From: a phage
Length of the DNA: 64,000 nucleotides
Assembly (NCBI GenBank): GCA_024674815.1
Contig: GCA_024674815.1_4104.1
Direction: 5' to 3' (one strand)
Made by a program: the position numbers and the translations under genes. The notes under the pieces were generated by a model. The model was not told the DNA's origin and searched no databases. It saw only the letters and a program-made list of their open reading frames with translations. This document shows, piece after piece, positions 9,414-18,717 of this stretch. Positions within the stretch are counted from its first letter, which is position 1. Every line of letters starts with the position of its first letter.

Positions 9414-9506
9414 TTTTTTTCTTTCAATCAAACATAGTCTACCAGAATGTACCATGCGATGGTGATTAGAACAAAGAATCATACACTTCTTCATTGTTTA
9501 ATCCAT

Positions 9507-9788
9507 TTATTCAACAATCCCCAACTTCACAATCTCATACCCGTCCAGATAGCCGTAGGAACACTCAGGTGTTTCATAAGATGAACCATCATAGATGCCC
9601 TGGCATTGGCTTTTGGAATTCTCAAGCAATCGTTGCAGTACTGATACGTCATCAAGAACGTAATACAAGTTAGCATATAGGTCCGTTACAATACAGTACT
9701 CCAACATGTCAAATGTATCAATCGAAATTTCAACCTTAGCAAATCGTTTCTTTTCTTTATTATACAGTGCGTACATATTAATCTCCAT
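9507..9788 (-). CDS. hypothetical protein
   Basis: ORF; start trimmed to internal Met to limit overlap. Confidence 0.45.
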   Translation of the reverse strand: MEINMYALYNKEKKRFAKVEISIDTFDMLEYCIVTDLYANLYYVLDDVSVLQRLLENSKSQCQGIYDGSSYETPECSYGYLDGYEIVKLGIVE

Positions 9789-10149
9789 AATCAAGTTTAA
9801 CCAACTTACCACACAGATACCCAAAGTTTTCTGGCTTCGCATCTGAATAGAAGAAGTCAGTACTTAACTCTGAATTCAATGCTAAAGCACACAACTCCAC
9901 CCAAAATAAACCCCTATGTTGTACTGGATTACAACGTTTCTGTACAGTTACTAGTCCAGTACATGATGACCACAAAGTAGGACAGATACCACTACCACTA
10001 CGCTTGGAGTACTGCATCCACGAACGTTCATTGAGGTTAGCTATCATTCCTGTCAAGAATAACTTCCAGCTTTTGAAGGTTGGAATCTTGATAGCATAAT
10101 CCCCAATAAGGATAACAGTTCGTGTTGCACCTTTCAAATCTATATTCAT
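9778..10149 (-). CDS. hypothetical protein
   Basis: ORF; start trimmed to internal Met. Confidence 0.45.
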   Translation of the reverse strand: MNIDLKGATRTVILIGDYAIKIPTFKSWKLFLTGMIANLNERSWMQYSKRSGSGICPTLWSSCTGLVTVQKRCNPVQHRGLFWVELCALALNSELSTDFFYSDAKPENFGYLCGKLVKLDYGD

Positions 10150-10157
10150 ATTTTTAA

Positions 10158-10409
10158 TTAGAAGAACACAAACCAAGTCCAGAATAAATTCCACACTACA
10201 AATAAAGACATAGTGGTTTTATGTACAATATCAGCAGTACTGGTCCATCCTCCACCGTGTCCTATTCCATTTATGAATAGAACTAAGAACAAGATACCAT
10301 TTACTACAATAGTACATAGTAAGTACACAAACACATTCCATGCAAGTTCAGGAGATACTAACGTAAATGGTAAAACAATTAGTAGTATTAGAACTAATAA
10401 AATTTTCAT
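10158..10409 (-). CDS. small membrane protein
   Basis: 83 aa, two hydrophobic segments. Confidence 0.5.
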   Translation of the reverse strand: MKILLVLILLIVLPFTLVSPELAWNVFVYLLCTIVVNGILFLVLFINGIGHGGGWTSTADIVHKTTMSLFVVWNLFWTWFVFF

Positions 10410-10625
10410 TTATCGCCTCACTTAATTAACGTGACAATTAGTACGAATCAGATTCCCAGTACTCGATTGCTTCTTTCAGCAATTCTTTAGCACGTTGTTT
10501 TGCAATGCGAGCGGGTAACAGATATGTGTACATTAACTGACGCTTCACTTCATTCAGTGAAAGCTGTTCATGGTACAGTGCATCCATCAGTCGATTACGA
10601 GTACGTAGTTTCATATAAGTTATCC

Positions 10626-11180
10626 TTATTTCAAAGAATCATAGTAAGCAGTGTCAAAGATTGGAGTCATAATAACATAGTCAATACGGTCAATGTAAGT
10701 TGAACTCCACATTTCTGGTTTGTCATAAAATTGACGCTCGCGTTCATTCATACGAGTCAGTACTTCTTCCAATTTACTACGTGAAGCCATCAATGTATTA
10801 CGCGATCCATAAGTGAAGTACTCAGTCCATTGATATTCATATTCAGTACTGATAGATTGAATAGTACCATCTTTGAAATGAGCTAATGCATAACCTTTCT
10901 CTACAAAGTTATCAGGTGGAAGAACACCATCTGGATTAGTTTTCAATGCTTTTTCTAACTTTTCTTTAATTTCAGTTAACGTGCATACTGAACGAATGTT
11001 CTTCAGGTTTGATACTTGAAAATCACTGTACTTTCCAAAGAAAAATACACGCCAATCTTTAGGTTCATTATCAGATACGGTAACATCAGGATGATGGGCG
11101 AGTAAACGAAGAAGGCCAGCTTTGTGACCGTTAATGTAGATTTCATGGATGTGGTTAGCAGTTTTCTTAAAAGTAATCAT
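10626..11180 (-). CDS. hypothetical protein
   Basis: 184-aa ORF directly downstream of consensus promoter. Confidence 0.65.
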   Translation of the reverse strand: MITFKKTANHIHEIYINGHKAGLLRLLAHHPDVTVSDNEPKDWRVFFFGKYSDFQVSNLKNIRSVCTLTEIKEKLEKALKTNPDGVLPPDNFVEKGYALAHFKDGTIQSISTEYEYQWTEYFTYGSRNTLMASRSKLEEVLTRMNERERQFYDKPEMWSSTYIDRIDYVIMTPIFDTAYYDSLK

Positions 11181-11227
11181 GGTAGTTCCTCGATTGTAGG
11201 GATGAGAAGTTCATCCCCTTGATAAGC

Positions 11228-11255
11228 ATTATACAGTACTGAATGTGTTTGTCAA
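11228..11255 (-). promoter_or_regulatory. near-consensus sigma70 promoter
   Basis: Minus strand TTGACA-16-TATAAT with CAGTACTG just upstream of -10. Confidence 0.6.
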
Positions 11256-11256
11256 C

Positions 11257-11652
11257 TCAAAATAAATTCATTTCATGTGCGTATTGTGGTTCAAGATAAG
11301 ATAAGTTTTTGAAACTGTCTTTCAATTCCGCATCATCTACGTACACAGTACCAGGTACATTCCCCATAGTGAAGCCAACCCAAACAGTCATGTTTCCAGT
11401 TCCTAAGCGGGGCATTGATAGCGTCCCGTCAGGTGAAACATCAAACGCTACACTAAAGTCATCCGTTACAACTTCCGACCCATTTTCCAGAATAATACAA
11501 CCACGTTCTTTAAGCTTCTGAATGTGGATAGCAGCCTCTACAGCACGTTTAAAGTTATAATAAGACTCTTTATCCTCGAACATTGATTGTTTAACCAGAC
11601 GCTTGTTTAGCTCGGTTACTTTGTGCATTTGACGCATTACTTCAACTCCCAC
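11257..11652 (-). CDS. hypothetical protein
   Basis: 131-aa ORF. Confidence 0.6.
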   Translation of the reverse strand: MGVEVMRQMHKVTELNKRLVKQSMFEDKESYYNFKRAVEAAIHIQKLKERGCIILENGSEVVTDDFSVAFDVSPDGTLSMPRLGTGNMTVWVGFTMGNVPGTVYVDDAELKDSFKNLSYLEPQYAHEMNLF

Positions 11653-11891
11653 AGTTGTAGAATTTCATAAGAGCCTGGTGGTGCTGGATTGATAATCTCA
11701 GGGTATTCAGTACTGTTAGGATTACCACCAGCATTGAACTCAGCAAGTAATAATTCGAGTTCATTCCTATCATGTACAACAAACACGCAATATCCAGTTC
11801 CTTCTTCAAGAACTGTAGTTGACCCCGCACAATCCCATACGGTATCAATACATAATAATTCTTTAGTGTTTTTATTACGCAACGCAAACAT
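11637..11891 (-). CDS. hypothetical protein
   Basis: 84-aa ORF abutting neighbours. Confidence 0.5.
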   Translation of the reverse strand: MFALRNKNTKELLCIDTVWDCAGSTTVLEEGTGYCVFVVHDRNELELLLAEFNAGGNPNSTEYPEIINPAPPGSYEILQLWELK

Positions 11892-11900
11892 ATATGTCTC

Positions 11901-12269
11901 CTATCGATTCGGCATATTCTTTCGTAGTCGCAAGAGAAATTCAACCACTGACCATGTTGTAATGAAGGCTATATAAGTTGCAAGGAATCCAGTAAGAATA
12001 AATGCAACCAGCGTACTACCATTTGGGGAATCAGTTTTAATGCCGATGACACCATCGGCTACAGTGAAACATGTAGCCATTAATGTGTAACCTACGTACA
12101 ACACAAAGAAAAACTCATTCTCCATTGAAGGATAGAAACGGTTAAACACTTTATAAAATTTAAAGTACAGTAGGATTATACCAACAAAGGCATAGAATGT
12201 AAACAGTGTTGTTATAATATATGAGATTAGGTTCAAATTATACATATCAACGCTCCGGTAGATTATCAC
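11901..12269 (-). CDS. small multi-TM membrane protein (family M)
   Basis: Hydrophobic; C-terminal LRLRKNMPNR. Confidence 0.6.
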   Translation of the reverse strand: MIIYRSVDMYNLNLISYIITTLFTFYAFVGIILLYFKFYKVFNRFYPSMENEFFFVLYVGYTLMATCFTVADGVIGIKTDSPNGSTLVAFILTGFLATYIAFITTWSVVEFLLRLRKNMPNR

Positions 12270-12594
12270 GTAATGTTTTAATTCGATGATACATTTTCAT
12301 ACCAATATTACCAAAGATACCATATCCAAGTACTAAAATGTATGCAATAAGCATAGTAATAATTACTATAGTGCCAAAACTATAATGTACACTACTGATA
12401 CCCATTGTAGTTTCAACGATTATTTGAGAAACTGAAAGAATCAAAAGTACAACTACAATTGGATGATTTGGGTACATTCGGTTGAACAACGTTTTGTACT
12501 TAAAGAAGCACAGTACTCCACCGAATAAGAAGTACACAATGTAAATGCAAGCAACAGCATAGGCAAACATGTTAGTGTAATAAATCATTACCAA
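12247..12594 (-). CDS. small multi-TM membrane protein (family M)
   Basis: Hydrophobic; C-terminal LRDNLPER. Confidence 0.6.
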   Translation of the reverse strand: MVMIYYTNMFAYAVACIYIVYFLFGGVLCFFKYKTLFNRMYPNHPIVVVLLILSVSQIIVETTMGISSVHYSFGTIVIITMLIAYILVLGYGIFGNIGMKMYHRIKTLRDNLPER

Positions 12595-12597
12595 TCC

Positions 12598-12936
12598 TTA
12601 CTTTTCAGGGATATTAGAACGCCATATATCAATGCGATGAACTAGTCCAAAGAACAACCATACTGGAACGGCAGCTATCATAACAACAAATGAAAACCCA
12701 GTCAACACCGATACCAGATTTAATTCATCAGTACTATACCCACATATCAGTACTTCTAATATTCCCCACGTACATGCACAAAACATCAAGAATGAAATTG
12801 GGGCATCATAGTAGATACGTTCATATAAAGTAGTATATCGGAAGAATGCAATAATATAGCAAAACATATAATACACCCAAACCAAAGATACTACATAAAA
12901 TGATACTTTGTTTATTAATTCAAAATATTGTTCCAT
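12598..12936 (-). CDS. small multi-TM membrane protein (family M)
   Basis: Hydrophobic; C-terminal WRSNIPEK. Confidence 0.6.
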   Translation of the reverse strand: MEQYFELINKVSFYVVSLVWVYYMFCYIIAFFRYTTLYERIYYDAPISFLMFCACTWGILEVLICGYSTDELNLVSVLTGFSFVVMIAAVPVWLFFGLVHRIDIWRSNIPEK

Positions 12937-12938
12937 TT

Positions 12939-13220
12939 TTACCCCAATATATATTCAGAGAGTAATGTATTAGCTTCATCTTTGTTCTTAAGGTAATACA
13001 TGTAATATAGATTCGGTTCACCATCTTTAGTACTCAAATCAAAGTACTTTAAACTATGTACTTTCATAGTAAAAACAAATAATGACTTAAAACCAATCTC
13101 ACCGTACTTAATAAACAGTTCATCCAAATGAATGTAACTTTTTGATTTGGATAATTCTTTAACGTCTGCATCAATTTCAGATAAAAGATGCTTACCTATT
13201 AAGTTTTCAAATGAACGCAT
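12939..13220 (-). CDS. hypothetical protein
   Basis: 93-aa ORF. Confidence 0.5.
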   Translation of the reverse strand: MRSFENLIGKHLLSEIDADVKELSKSKSYIHLDELFIKYGEIGFKSLFVFTMKVHSLKYFDLSTKDGEPNLYYMYYLKNKDEANTLLSEYILG

Positions 13221-13281
13221 GATTTTATCCTTTACCGCAATTTTTATGGTTTATTAAGAATACACCAGAACATCAGTTCTG

Positions 13282-13923
13282 TCAATAAAAAACTGGATCT
13301 TCTTCAGTAATTGGTATTTCTCTACGCACATCACACGAAAGAGGATCAGTAATGAATACATTCCCATCTTTATCCATCATTACATTACTTGAATGAATGT
13401 CTGGTACAAAACGCCCGTGAAACTCTTTCATGATGTTAGCAGCGACCGTCGCAATAGCAATCTCTTCAGAATTACCACGCATATCATTCACTGAAGTAGC
13501 GTACTGACCAGCATGTGCATAAGAATATAAATCTCCAATTTTAGTACTAACAAAGTCATCATAATTATTTTTTTGTTTAATTATAGGATAGTACTTGTCC
13601 ATCTCATACCATCCAAAGTTTCCTTGTTCGTTGGCACTGTAGATCACTGGAAGAAACTTGGTTCCTGCGTTTTCAATGCAGTACTTTGCATAAGCACGAA
13701 AACCATCCCAGCGTGAAGTGGTTACTTTAAATGCACGTCCAGGATAGTTTTTATGTTCAACTACTACAGAGTACATCCCCATTCCAAGAAAAGTAAGTCC
13801 AGCAGCTTTAACTTGTGGAAAGATTACGCGTTCAGCATAAGGAATATCAAACTCCATCGCACAACGAGTTTTTGATGGACGCAAAATGTCAATTAAAGTT
13901 TTGAATATGTCTTGCTTAGTCAT
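13282..13923 (-). CDS. protein-kinase-like fold protein
   Basis: LGMGMYSVV (Gly-loop-like), AFKV, DIHSSNVMMDKDGNVFITDP (catalytic-loop-like); start set at Met preceded by GAGGA. Confidence 0.5.
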   Translation of the reverse strand: MTKQDIFKTLIDILRPSKTRCAMEFDIPYAERVIFPQVKAAGLTFLGMGMYSVVVEHKNYPGRAFKVTTSRWDGFRAYAKYCIENAGTKFLPVIYSANEQGNFGWYEMDKYYPIIKQKNNYDDFVSTKIGDLYSYAHAGQYATSVNDMRGNSEEIAIATVAANIMKEFHGRFVPDIHSSNVMMDKDGNVFITDPLSCDVRREIPITEEDPVFY

Positions 13924-13951
13924 TACTTTATCCTCTGTAGTTAATACCAAC

Positions 13952-13984
13952 ATCATAACAAAAAAGGCTGACCGAAGTCAACCC
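13952..13984 (-). promoter_or_regulatory. PeSL-like cassette (hairpin + weaker -10 TATGAT)
   Basis: ggctgaccgaagtcaaccc hairpin; TTGACT-17-TATGAT. Confidence 0.5.
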
Positions 13985-13992
13985 TTTTATTA

Positions 13993-14412
13993 TCATTTAC
14001 AGTTTTCTATAACTATTGCACGTTTTAGTATTTTACTTTCATAAACATACTTAAGATGACCTTCTTCACGAATACGATTGAACACATATCCTAGTTTATC
14101 TTTTAGTACTGAAGCGGTATCAATGTCAAGATTAACTTCAACCCCTCCTGTTAATTTAACTTTATATGTAAATCTAAAAGCATCACCAGATTCAACCAAT
14201 GGGACTACTTGTTCATACGTATTCAACATAACTCGTTCATCATTAACTAAATTATATATTACTATATCACAAGTTTTTACCCCAATTTCCTCTAATGTAG
14301 GAGCATTATCTACTATAACATCTTTTACTGTATTTGCAACCTGTTTAGCATCTGCTGCATATACATTAAAACTAAAAAGTACTAAAATAATACTTAAAAA
14401 AATCTTTTTCAT
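13993..14412 (-). CDS. secreted protein (signal peptide)
   Basis: N-terminus MKKIFLSIILVLFSFNVYA. Confidence 0.65.
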   Translation of the reverse strand: MKKIFLSIILVLFSFNVYAADAKQVANTVKDVIVDNAPTLEEIGVKTCDIVIYNLVNDERVMLNTYEQVVPLVESGDAFRFTYKVKLTGGVEVNLDIDTASVLKDKLGYVFNRIREEGHLKYVYESKILKRAIVIENCK

Positions 14413-14421
14413 TATATATCC

Positions 14422-14745
14422 TTATTTTATTTTACACGTCATATCGGGTTGTGCTTGTTTATTATTTTTAAACGGATTAGGTTTTTTATCTTTCTTTTTA
14501 TCTTTTAAAGGTTTTTTGTCTTCTTTTTTATCTTTATCTTTGTCTTTTTTATTTTTATCAGGTTCAGAGGGAGTATTACATTGTGCTGGGGGTTGATTAG
14601 TTGGAGTACAGCTATTGTCTGATGGGAGTATTACTTCTTTACAATTGTAAAATAGTAAACTTTTATTTGTGGTTAAATTATGAAAACGATAGTTACGTTC
14701 ATTATTATAATAAATTGTTTTAGTACTTTCAATGCCATTGCACAT
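14422..14745 (-). CDS. Lys/Asp-rich low-complexity protein
   Basis: KDKDKDKKEDKK tract; Cys-containing N-terminal part. Confidence 0.45.
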   Translation of the reverse strand: MCNGIESTKTIYYNNERNYRFHNLTTNKSLLFYNCKEVILPSDNSCTPTNQPPAQCNTPSEPDKNKKDKDKDKKEDKKPLKDKKKDKKPNPFKNNKQAQPDMTCKIK

Positions 14746-14755
14746 TGCTACTGAA

Positions 14756-15007
14756 TCACCGGAACTCTTTTTCTATTCCCATTACATCAGTCTTACGCTC
14801 AGATAGTATACCTGAAGTATATGAATCTTTGTTGTCAAACGCATTAAATCCAATAGTTCTGTCGGTGTCGTGTATTATTCCTTTTGTGTATGAGGTAGTA
14901 TAGAACTCCCCATTTCTGAAATCCTGCCTTGCTACGGAGCAATGATAATCTGCACCATAAGCAGTACTGGAAAATAATACAATTCCAAATATAATATATT
15001 TTTTCAT
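14756..15007 (-). CDS. small secreted protein
   Basis: Start set at MKKYIIFGIVLFSSTAYG with AGAGGGA SD. Confidence 0.55.
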   Translation of the reverse strand: MKKYIIFGIVLFSSTAYGADYHCSVARQDFRNGEFYTTSYTKGIIHDTDRTIGFNAFDNKDSYTSGILSERKTDVMGIEKEFR

Positions 15008-15050
15008 TGTAATCCCTCTTCTTAATTCCTCTTTTGTATTTACAAAAAAA

Positions 15051-15068
15051 GGCTGACCGAAGTCAACC
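15051..15068 (-). terminator. PeSL-type terminator hairpin
   Basis: ggctgaccgaagtcaacc, A-run before and T-run after in plus orientation. Confidence 0.6.
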
Positions 15069-15078
15069 TTTTGTTTTA

Positions 15079-16332
15079 TCATTTACCGTATTTGCTCATG
15101 ATGTCCTTTTCCCAAGGAGTTACATTTCCATTTTCGTAATCACGGAAAGAGTCATCAAGTGTAGTCAATGCATAATCATATGCCTCACCGGATTCAACAT
15201 CAATATCAACAGCACCATTCACTACATCAGTCCACGCTTTTTGTAGTTTACGAGCGTTGTTACCAACTTTATCTTTAATCCAACTAAGATTTCGGTTTAT
15301 ACTCTTCTTATCAGCACCAGCTTTTTCACCAACATCTGCAACCCATTGCATTAATTTCTGTAGTTCGTTATGGGATTTTTCAGTCATTTGGCGGTCTTGT
15401 GACAGTTCAGCTTCCATGTCATCAATTTCTTCGTCTGAATGAACATCGTTCTGTTCTACTGCACCTTCTTCATCATCACGCATCAGATAACCATCTCGTG
15501 TAACCTTCTCACCATGATCAGCTTCATACTTTTTCATAGTATTGAATGCAGCATCCATTGCAGTTACAAAACGACTCTTTTCACCTTGTACATAAGATTT
15601 AAGTGCATCGTTAACTGCATCAGATACTAATTTAATCTTATCGTCTTTACCTTCCAGACGGTTTTCTAACTTAGCTAGTACATTCTTAACTTTTTGAGCA
15701 TTAGCACGGTCTTCTTTACCAATACTATCAAATGTTTTAAGTACGCTTTCAAGACTTACTTCCTCTTGTGCAGGCACATCACCTTGTTGCGTACCTTCAA
15801 GTGCACGCATTATAGTACTGAATACTTCAGTTGGTTCAGTACTGGTATTTCCACTCATTGCATCAAGCACAGCTTGTGCTTTGACTTTTAATTCTTCTTT
15901 AGGTACAGATTGCAATTCTTTCACAATACCTTGGATAAGTTGTGGTTTATTAGCAAAAATCTTACCTAACTTATCCGACAGTTCTTTGACAGGGTTAACC
16001 GCCTTTGGTGCTTCTTGTTTTGGTTCTTCTTTAGCAGGAGCAGATTTTTCTTTTTCTTCACGTTCCATATCAGCTAGGCGTTGTTTTTGTGTAGCATTAA
16101 GAAGTCCCAATGAATTAACATAACGTAGCTTTTCTAGCTCAGTCATGTTCTCAGTACTCTTAACTTCACCTGCTTCTGCGTTTGCTTTACCAGCTAGACC
16201 AGTTCCTTGGTTACGTGATCCACGTGAACCTTGACCTGCTTGATAACTATTTGGACGGCGGTTGCGTTCACTCCATTTATCAGAGTGACCAGCCATGTTA
16301 CCACCATTTTTATCAGTAAAATTACTTGGCAT
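15079..16332 (-). CDS. large charged hypothetical protein (paralog of 16602..16985)
   Basis: Shares LRYVNSLGLL and KEL-x-VPKEELKVKA segments with 16602..16985; start set at Met after GGAGAG. Confidence 0.6.
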   Translation of the reverse strand: MPSNFTDKNGGNMAGHSDKWSERNRRPNSYQAGQGSRGSRNQGTGLAGKANAEAGEVKSTENMTELEKLRYVNSLGLLNATQKQRLADMEREEKEKSAPAKEEPKQEAPKAVNPVKELSDKLGKIFANKPQLIQGIVKELQSVPKEELKVKAQAVLDAMSGNTSTEPTEVFSTIMRALEGTQQGDVPAQEEVSLESVLKTFDSIGKEDRANAQKVKNVLAKLENRLEGKDDKIKLVSDAVNDALKSYVQGEKSRFVTAMDAAFNTMKKYEADHGEKVTRDGYLMRDDEEGAVEQNDVHSDEEIDDMEAELSQDRQMTEKSHNELQKLMQWVADVGEKAGADKKSINRNLSWIKDKVGNNARKLQKAWTDVVNGAVDIDVESGEAYDYALTTLDDSFRDYENGNVTPWEKDIMSKYGK

Positions 16333-16392
16333 TTGATTTCTCTCCATAGATTTCATTTTTTCTCTATGTCTATATTTATAGTATAAAGAAAA

Positions 16393-16410
16393 GGCTGACC
16401 GAAGTCAACC
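16393..16410 (-). terminator. PeSL-type terminator hairpin
   Basis: ggctgaccgaagtcaacc plus flanking U-run on minus strand. Confidence 0.55.
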
Positions 16411-16418
16411 TTATTTTG

Positions 16419-16532
16419 TTACTTAGATTGTTCTTGTGCAGGTGGATTTACTTTTTGATCCACTACATAGAATACACCACCAACCAGTACTGCGGCGATG
16501 AGTGCAGCAACTACAAATTTCAAACCTTGCAT
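16419..16532 (-). CDS. 37-aa single-TM mini-protein (below ORF-track cutoff)
   Basis: MQGLKFVVAALIAAVLVGGVFYVVDQ...; GAGGT SD; flanked by two PeSL hairpins. Confidence 0.4.
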   Translation of the reverse strand: MQGLKFVVAALIAAVLVGGVFYVVDQKVNPPAQEQSK

Positions 16533-16561
16533 ATATGATACCTCAGTTATATTGAGAATTT

Positions 16562-16595
16562 ATGATACAACAAAGGGCTGACCTTAGTCAACCCC
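16562..16595 (-). promoter_or_regulatory. PeSL-like cassette, variant loop
   Basis: gggctgaccttagtcaacccc hairpin; TTGACT-18-TATCAT. Confidence 0.5.
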
Positions 16596-16601
16596 TTTTT
16601 A

Positions 16602-16985
16602 TTACTTCTTGAACTTATGTTTTTCACTTTCGATTGCATTCACGATTTCATCATGAATTTTACGAAGATTGTGAGTTTTCTTTAGAGATTCATGTAATGC
16701 ACGGAATGCAGAGTGTACAGTTGCTTTAAAGTGCTCTTTAGGAGTTACTTTAAGTTTCTCGATAATATCACGTACATAGATTGGGTGATCCTCAAACACA
16801 CGATTAAGCTCATGACCTAGTGATTCTAGGCTAAATGCTTTTTCACGGGATGGACGATCATGTGCAAGACTTTGGTCTGGTTTTAGAAGACCTAGTGAAT
16901 CTAGATACTTGTGCTTATGTGCATTGTCTAGACCAGAAATATCAACATCATGTGATGGATCTTTCTTATTCCATTTATCAACCAT
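16602..16985 (-). CDS. hypothetical protein (paralog of 15079..16332)
   Basis: HKYLDSLGLLKPDQ and KLKVTPKEHFKATV motifs shared. Confidence 0.6.
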   Translation of the reverse strand: MVDKWNKKDPSHDVDISGLDNAHKHKYLDSLGLLKPDQSLAHDRPSREKAFSLESLGHELNRVFEDHPIYVRDIIEKLKVTPKEHFKATVHSAFRALHESLKKTHNLRKIHDEIVNAIESEKHKFKK

Positions 16986-17100
16986 TTTTATAACTCCTAT
17001 AAGAGATAAATTTTACTATAATATTTATAGTTCCGTTGTCATTTATATCGAATGACATAAAACATTATATCATAATAAGAATGGTTGTCCCAAAGTTAAA

Positions 17101-17574
17101 TTAGTACTGATCAAGTTCAGATGTAAAAATGAATGCATCCATGTCTTCCAACGTAAGTTTTAAGTCTGGTACATACTTAAGAATAACGCACTCTGGCTTC
17201 TTAATAGCAGCTTGATAAGCAGCAATGGCAAGGGATTCCAACTGCTGTGCTGTATAATTTTTACGTTCTGCATTAAAAACTTTGTTTTTGATATCACCAC
17301 CTGGGAGTTTTTCAAACTCACGCATAACTGCGGTAAGAACATCGTCAGCAGTGTTACTATATACCCATTGGGGTAATTGCATTACATTATAAATCACACC
17401 ACTATCATCCATCAAAGAGATCCATTTGTACCCATCACTAGCACTGAACAAACGCCCTTTTAGTACTGTGTTATTAGTTAAATTTACAAATGCAAAAATA
17501 TCTTGTTCGTTAAGTTCAATACTATTAACATTTACCCAACTCATTACGATTCCCCATTCATAAATCACGAACAA
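17101..17574 (-). CDS. hypothetical protein
   Basis: 157-aa ORF. Confidence 0.6.
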   Translation of the reverse strand: MFVIYEWGIVMSWVNVNSIELNEQDIFAFVNLTNNTVLKGRLFSASDGYKWISLMDDSGVIYNVMQLPQWVYSNTADDVLTAVMREFEKLPGGDIKNKVFNAERKNYTAQQLESLAIAAYQAAIKKPECVILKYVPDLKLTLEDMDAFIFTSELDQY

Positions 17575-18154
17575 TATTCATTAAACACAATTTAGGTTTT
17601 ATAGCATTCAACACCCATATGCATTCTTTGTAAGTAGCTATTATATCATCTAAATGCTCAGTTACAATGCTTTCTTGAAAATATTCTTCATCATTGAGCT
17701 TTGCTAATTTAGTAACATCACACGTAGGCACTATAGGTCTGGATTTTACACCCATTCCATTATTGATATTAGTGAAATGTACAAAATGGTACTTCACAAC
17801 ACCTTTATCTAGATTTATTATACATGACAAATTTTCCAACTCAGTTAGTTTTTTATTACAAGTAACATTAATGAAACCAGCATTATAGGCTCTATAATCA
17901 TCTACTGATATCTCAAAATCATTACGTTCAAATATAAGTGAAATGAGTTGGTCCAGTGGTTTGACATTCATATATTTTAATGAATTTACGTATGATACTT
18001 CAATCTTAGATGAAATTATCTTTTTACTAAGTGCAGTTAATTCTTTGTTAGATTTAACTGTTAAAACAATAGGTTTAAACCTAGAACTTTTGTTCTTTTT
18101 TGATACTTTAAAACGACCTTTACGATTCATAATTTCCTCAATTAATAATTTCAC
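17558..18154 (-). CDS. hypothetical protein with EEYFQES motif (possible distant EE-FQ-S family member)
   Basis: C-terminal NDEEYFQESIVTEHLDD. Confidence 0.55.
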   Translation of the reverse strand: MKLLIEEIMNRKGRFKVSKKNKSSRFKPIVLTVKSNKELTALSKKIISSKIEVSYVNSLKYMNVKPLDQLISLIFERNDFEISVDDYRAYNAGFINVTCNKKLTELENLSCIINLDKGVVKYHFVHFTNINNGMGVKSRPIVPTCDVTKLAKLNDEEYFQESIVTEHLDDIIATYKECIWVLNAIKPKLCLMNIVRDL

Positions 18155-18359
18155 ATTTAACGTGTGGTTTATATAGCATAATTAACCCATTTTTAAGTAC
18201 AATGATTGTTGCTCTGTTAGTAATCGAAACGTTTTTAATTATACTTTTTTTATATGTTTCAACATATTTCTCTTCATAATTTATACATTTAACATATTCT
18301 TTTTGTTTAGCACTTACAACAGTACTGAATAATATCAGTACAAGTACTATATATTTCAT
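18138..18359 (-). CDS. small secreted protein
   Basis: MKYIVLVLILFSTVVSA signal peptide. Confidence 0.55.
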   Translation of the reverse strand: MKYIVLVLILFSTVVSAKQKEYVKCINYEEKYVETYKKSIIKNVSITNRATIIVLKNGLIMLYKPHVKCEIIN

Positions 18360-18381
18360 TACTATACCTTATAAACAAAAA

Positions 18382-18401
18382 GGAATTCATTTAAGAATTC
18401 C
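18382..18401 (-). terminator. terminator hairpin (bidirectional-looking)
   Basis: ggaattcatttaagaattcc flanked by A-run and T-run. Confidence 0.55.
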
Positions 18402-18411
18402 TTTTTTACAA

Positions 18412-18705
18412 TCATTTATCTAACATACCATTGTGCAAACGTTCATATACTTCAGTTCGACGCAAATTCACAATATCTTCTGCGTATTTTAATGTAAATG
18501 CCCATGCTTTTGGATGTACGTTAAGCTTCATACGAATTCGATTTTTCATCAACTCTCCACTTAAACGAATAAATTCGTGTACACCACGACTACCGTATTC
18601 AGTAATTAAATCATTAATGTACATATCACGAAGAGTTTCATCTGCACATTCTTTAACCATTTCTACGTCAGCGACGATGCTTTCATTAACTGAAGTACTG
18701 ATCAT
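18412..18705 (-). CDS. hypothetical protein
   Basis: 97-aa ORF. Confidence 0.55.
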   Translation of the reverse strand: MISTSVNESIVADVEMVKECADETLRDMYINDLITEYGSRGVHEFIRLSGELMKNRIRMKLNVHPKAWAFTLKYAEDIVNLRRTEVYERLHNGMLDK

Positions 18706-18717
18706 TTTTAATTTACC

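Noticed and set aside
11642-11944. 100-aa minus ORF in an alternative frame overlapping 11637..11891 and 11901..12269
   Set aside because: Overlaps two better-supported genes across their junction; the in-register 11637..11891 ORF fits the gene packing.
14470-14560. Low-complexity T-rich tract (tttttatctttatctttgtctttttt) as a possible simple-sequence repeat or origin
   Set aside because: It is the coding sequence, on the minus strand, for the Lys/Asp-rich tract of ORF 14422..14745; more simply explained as a low-complexity protein segment.
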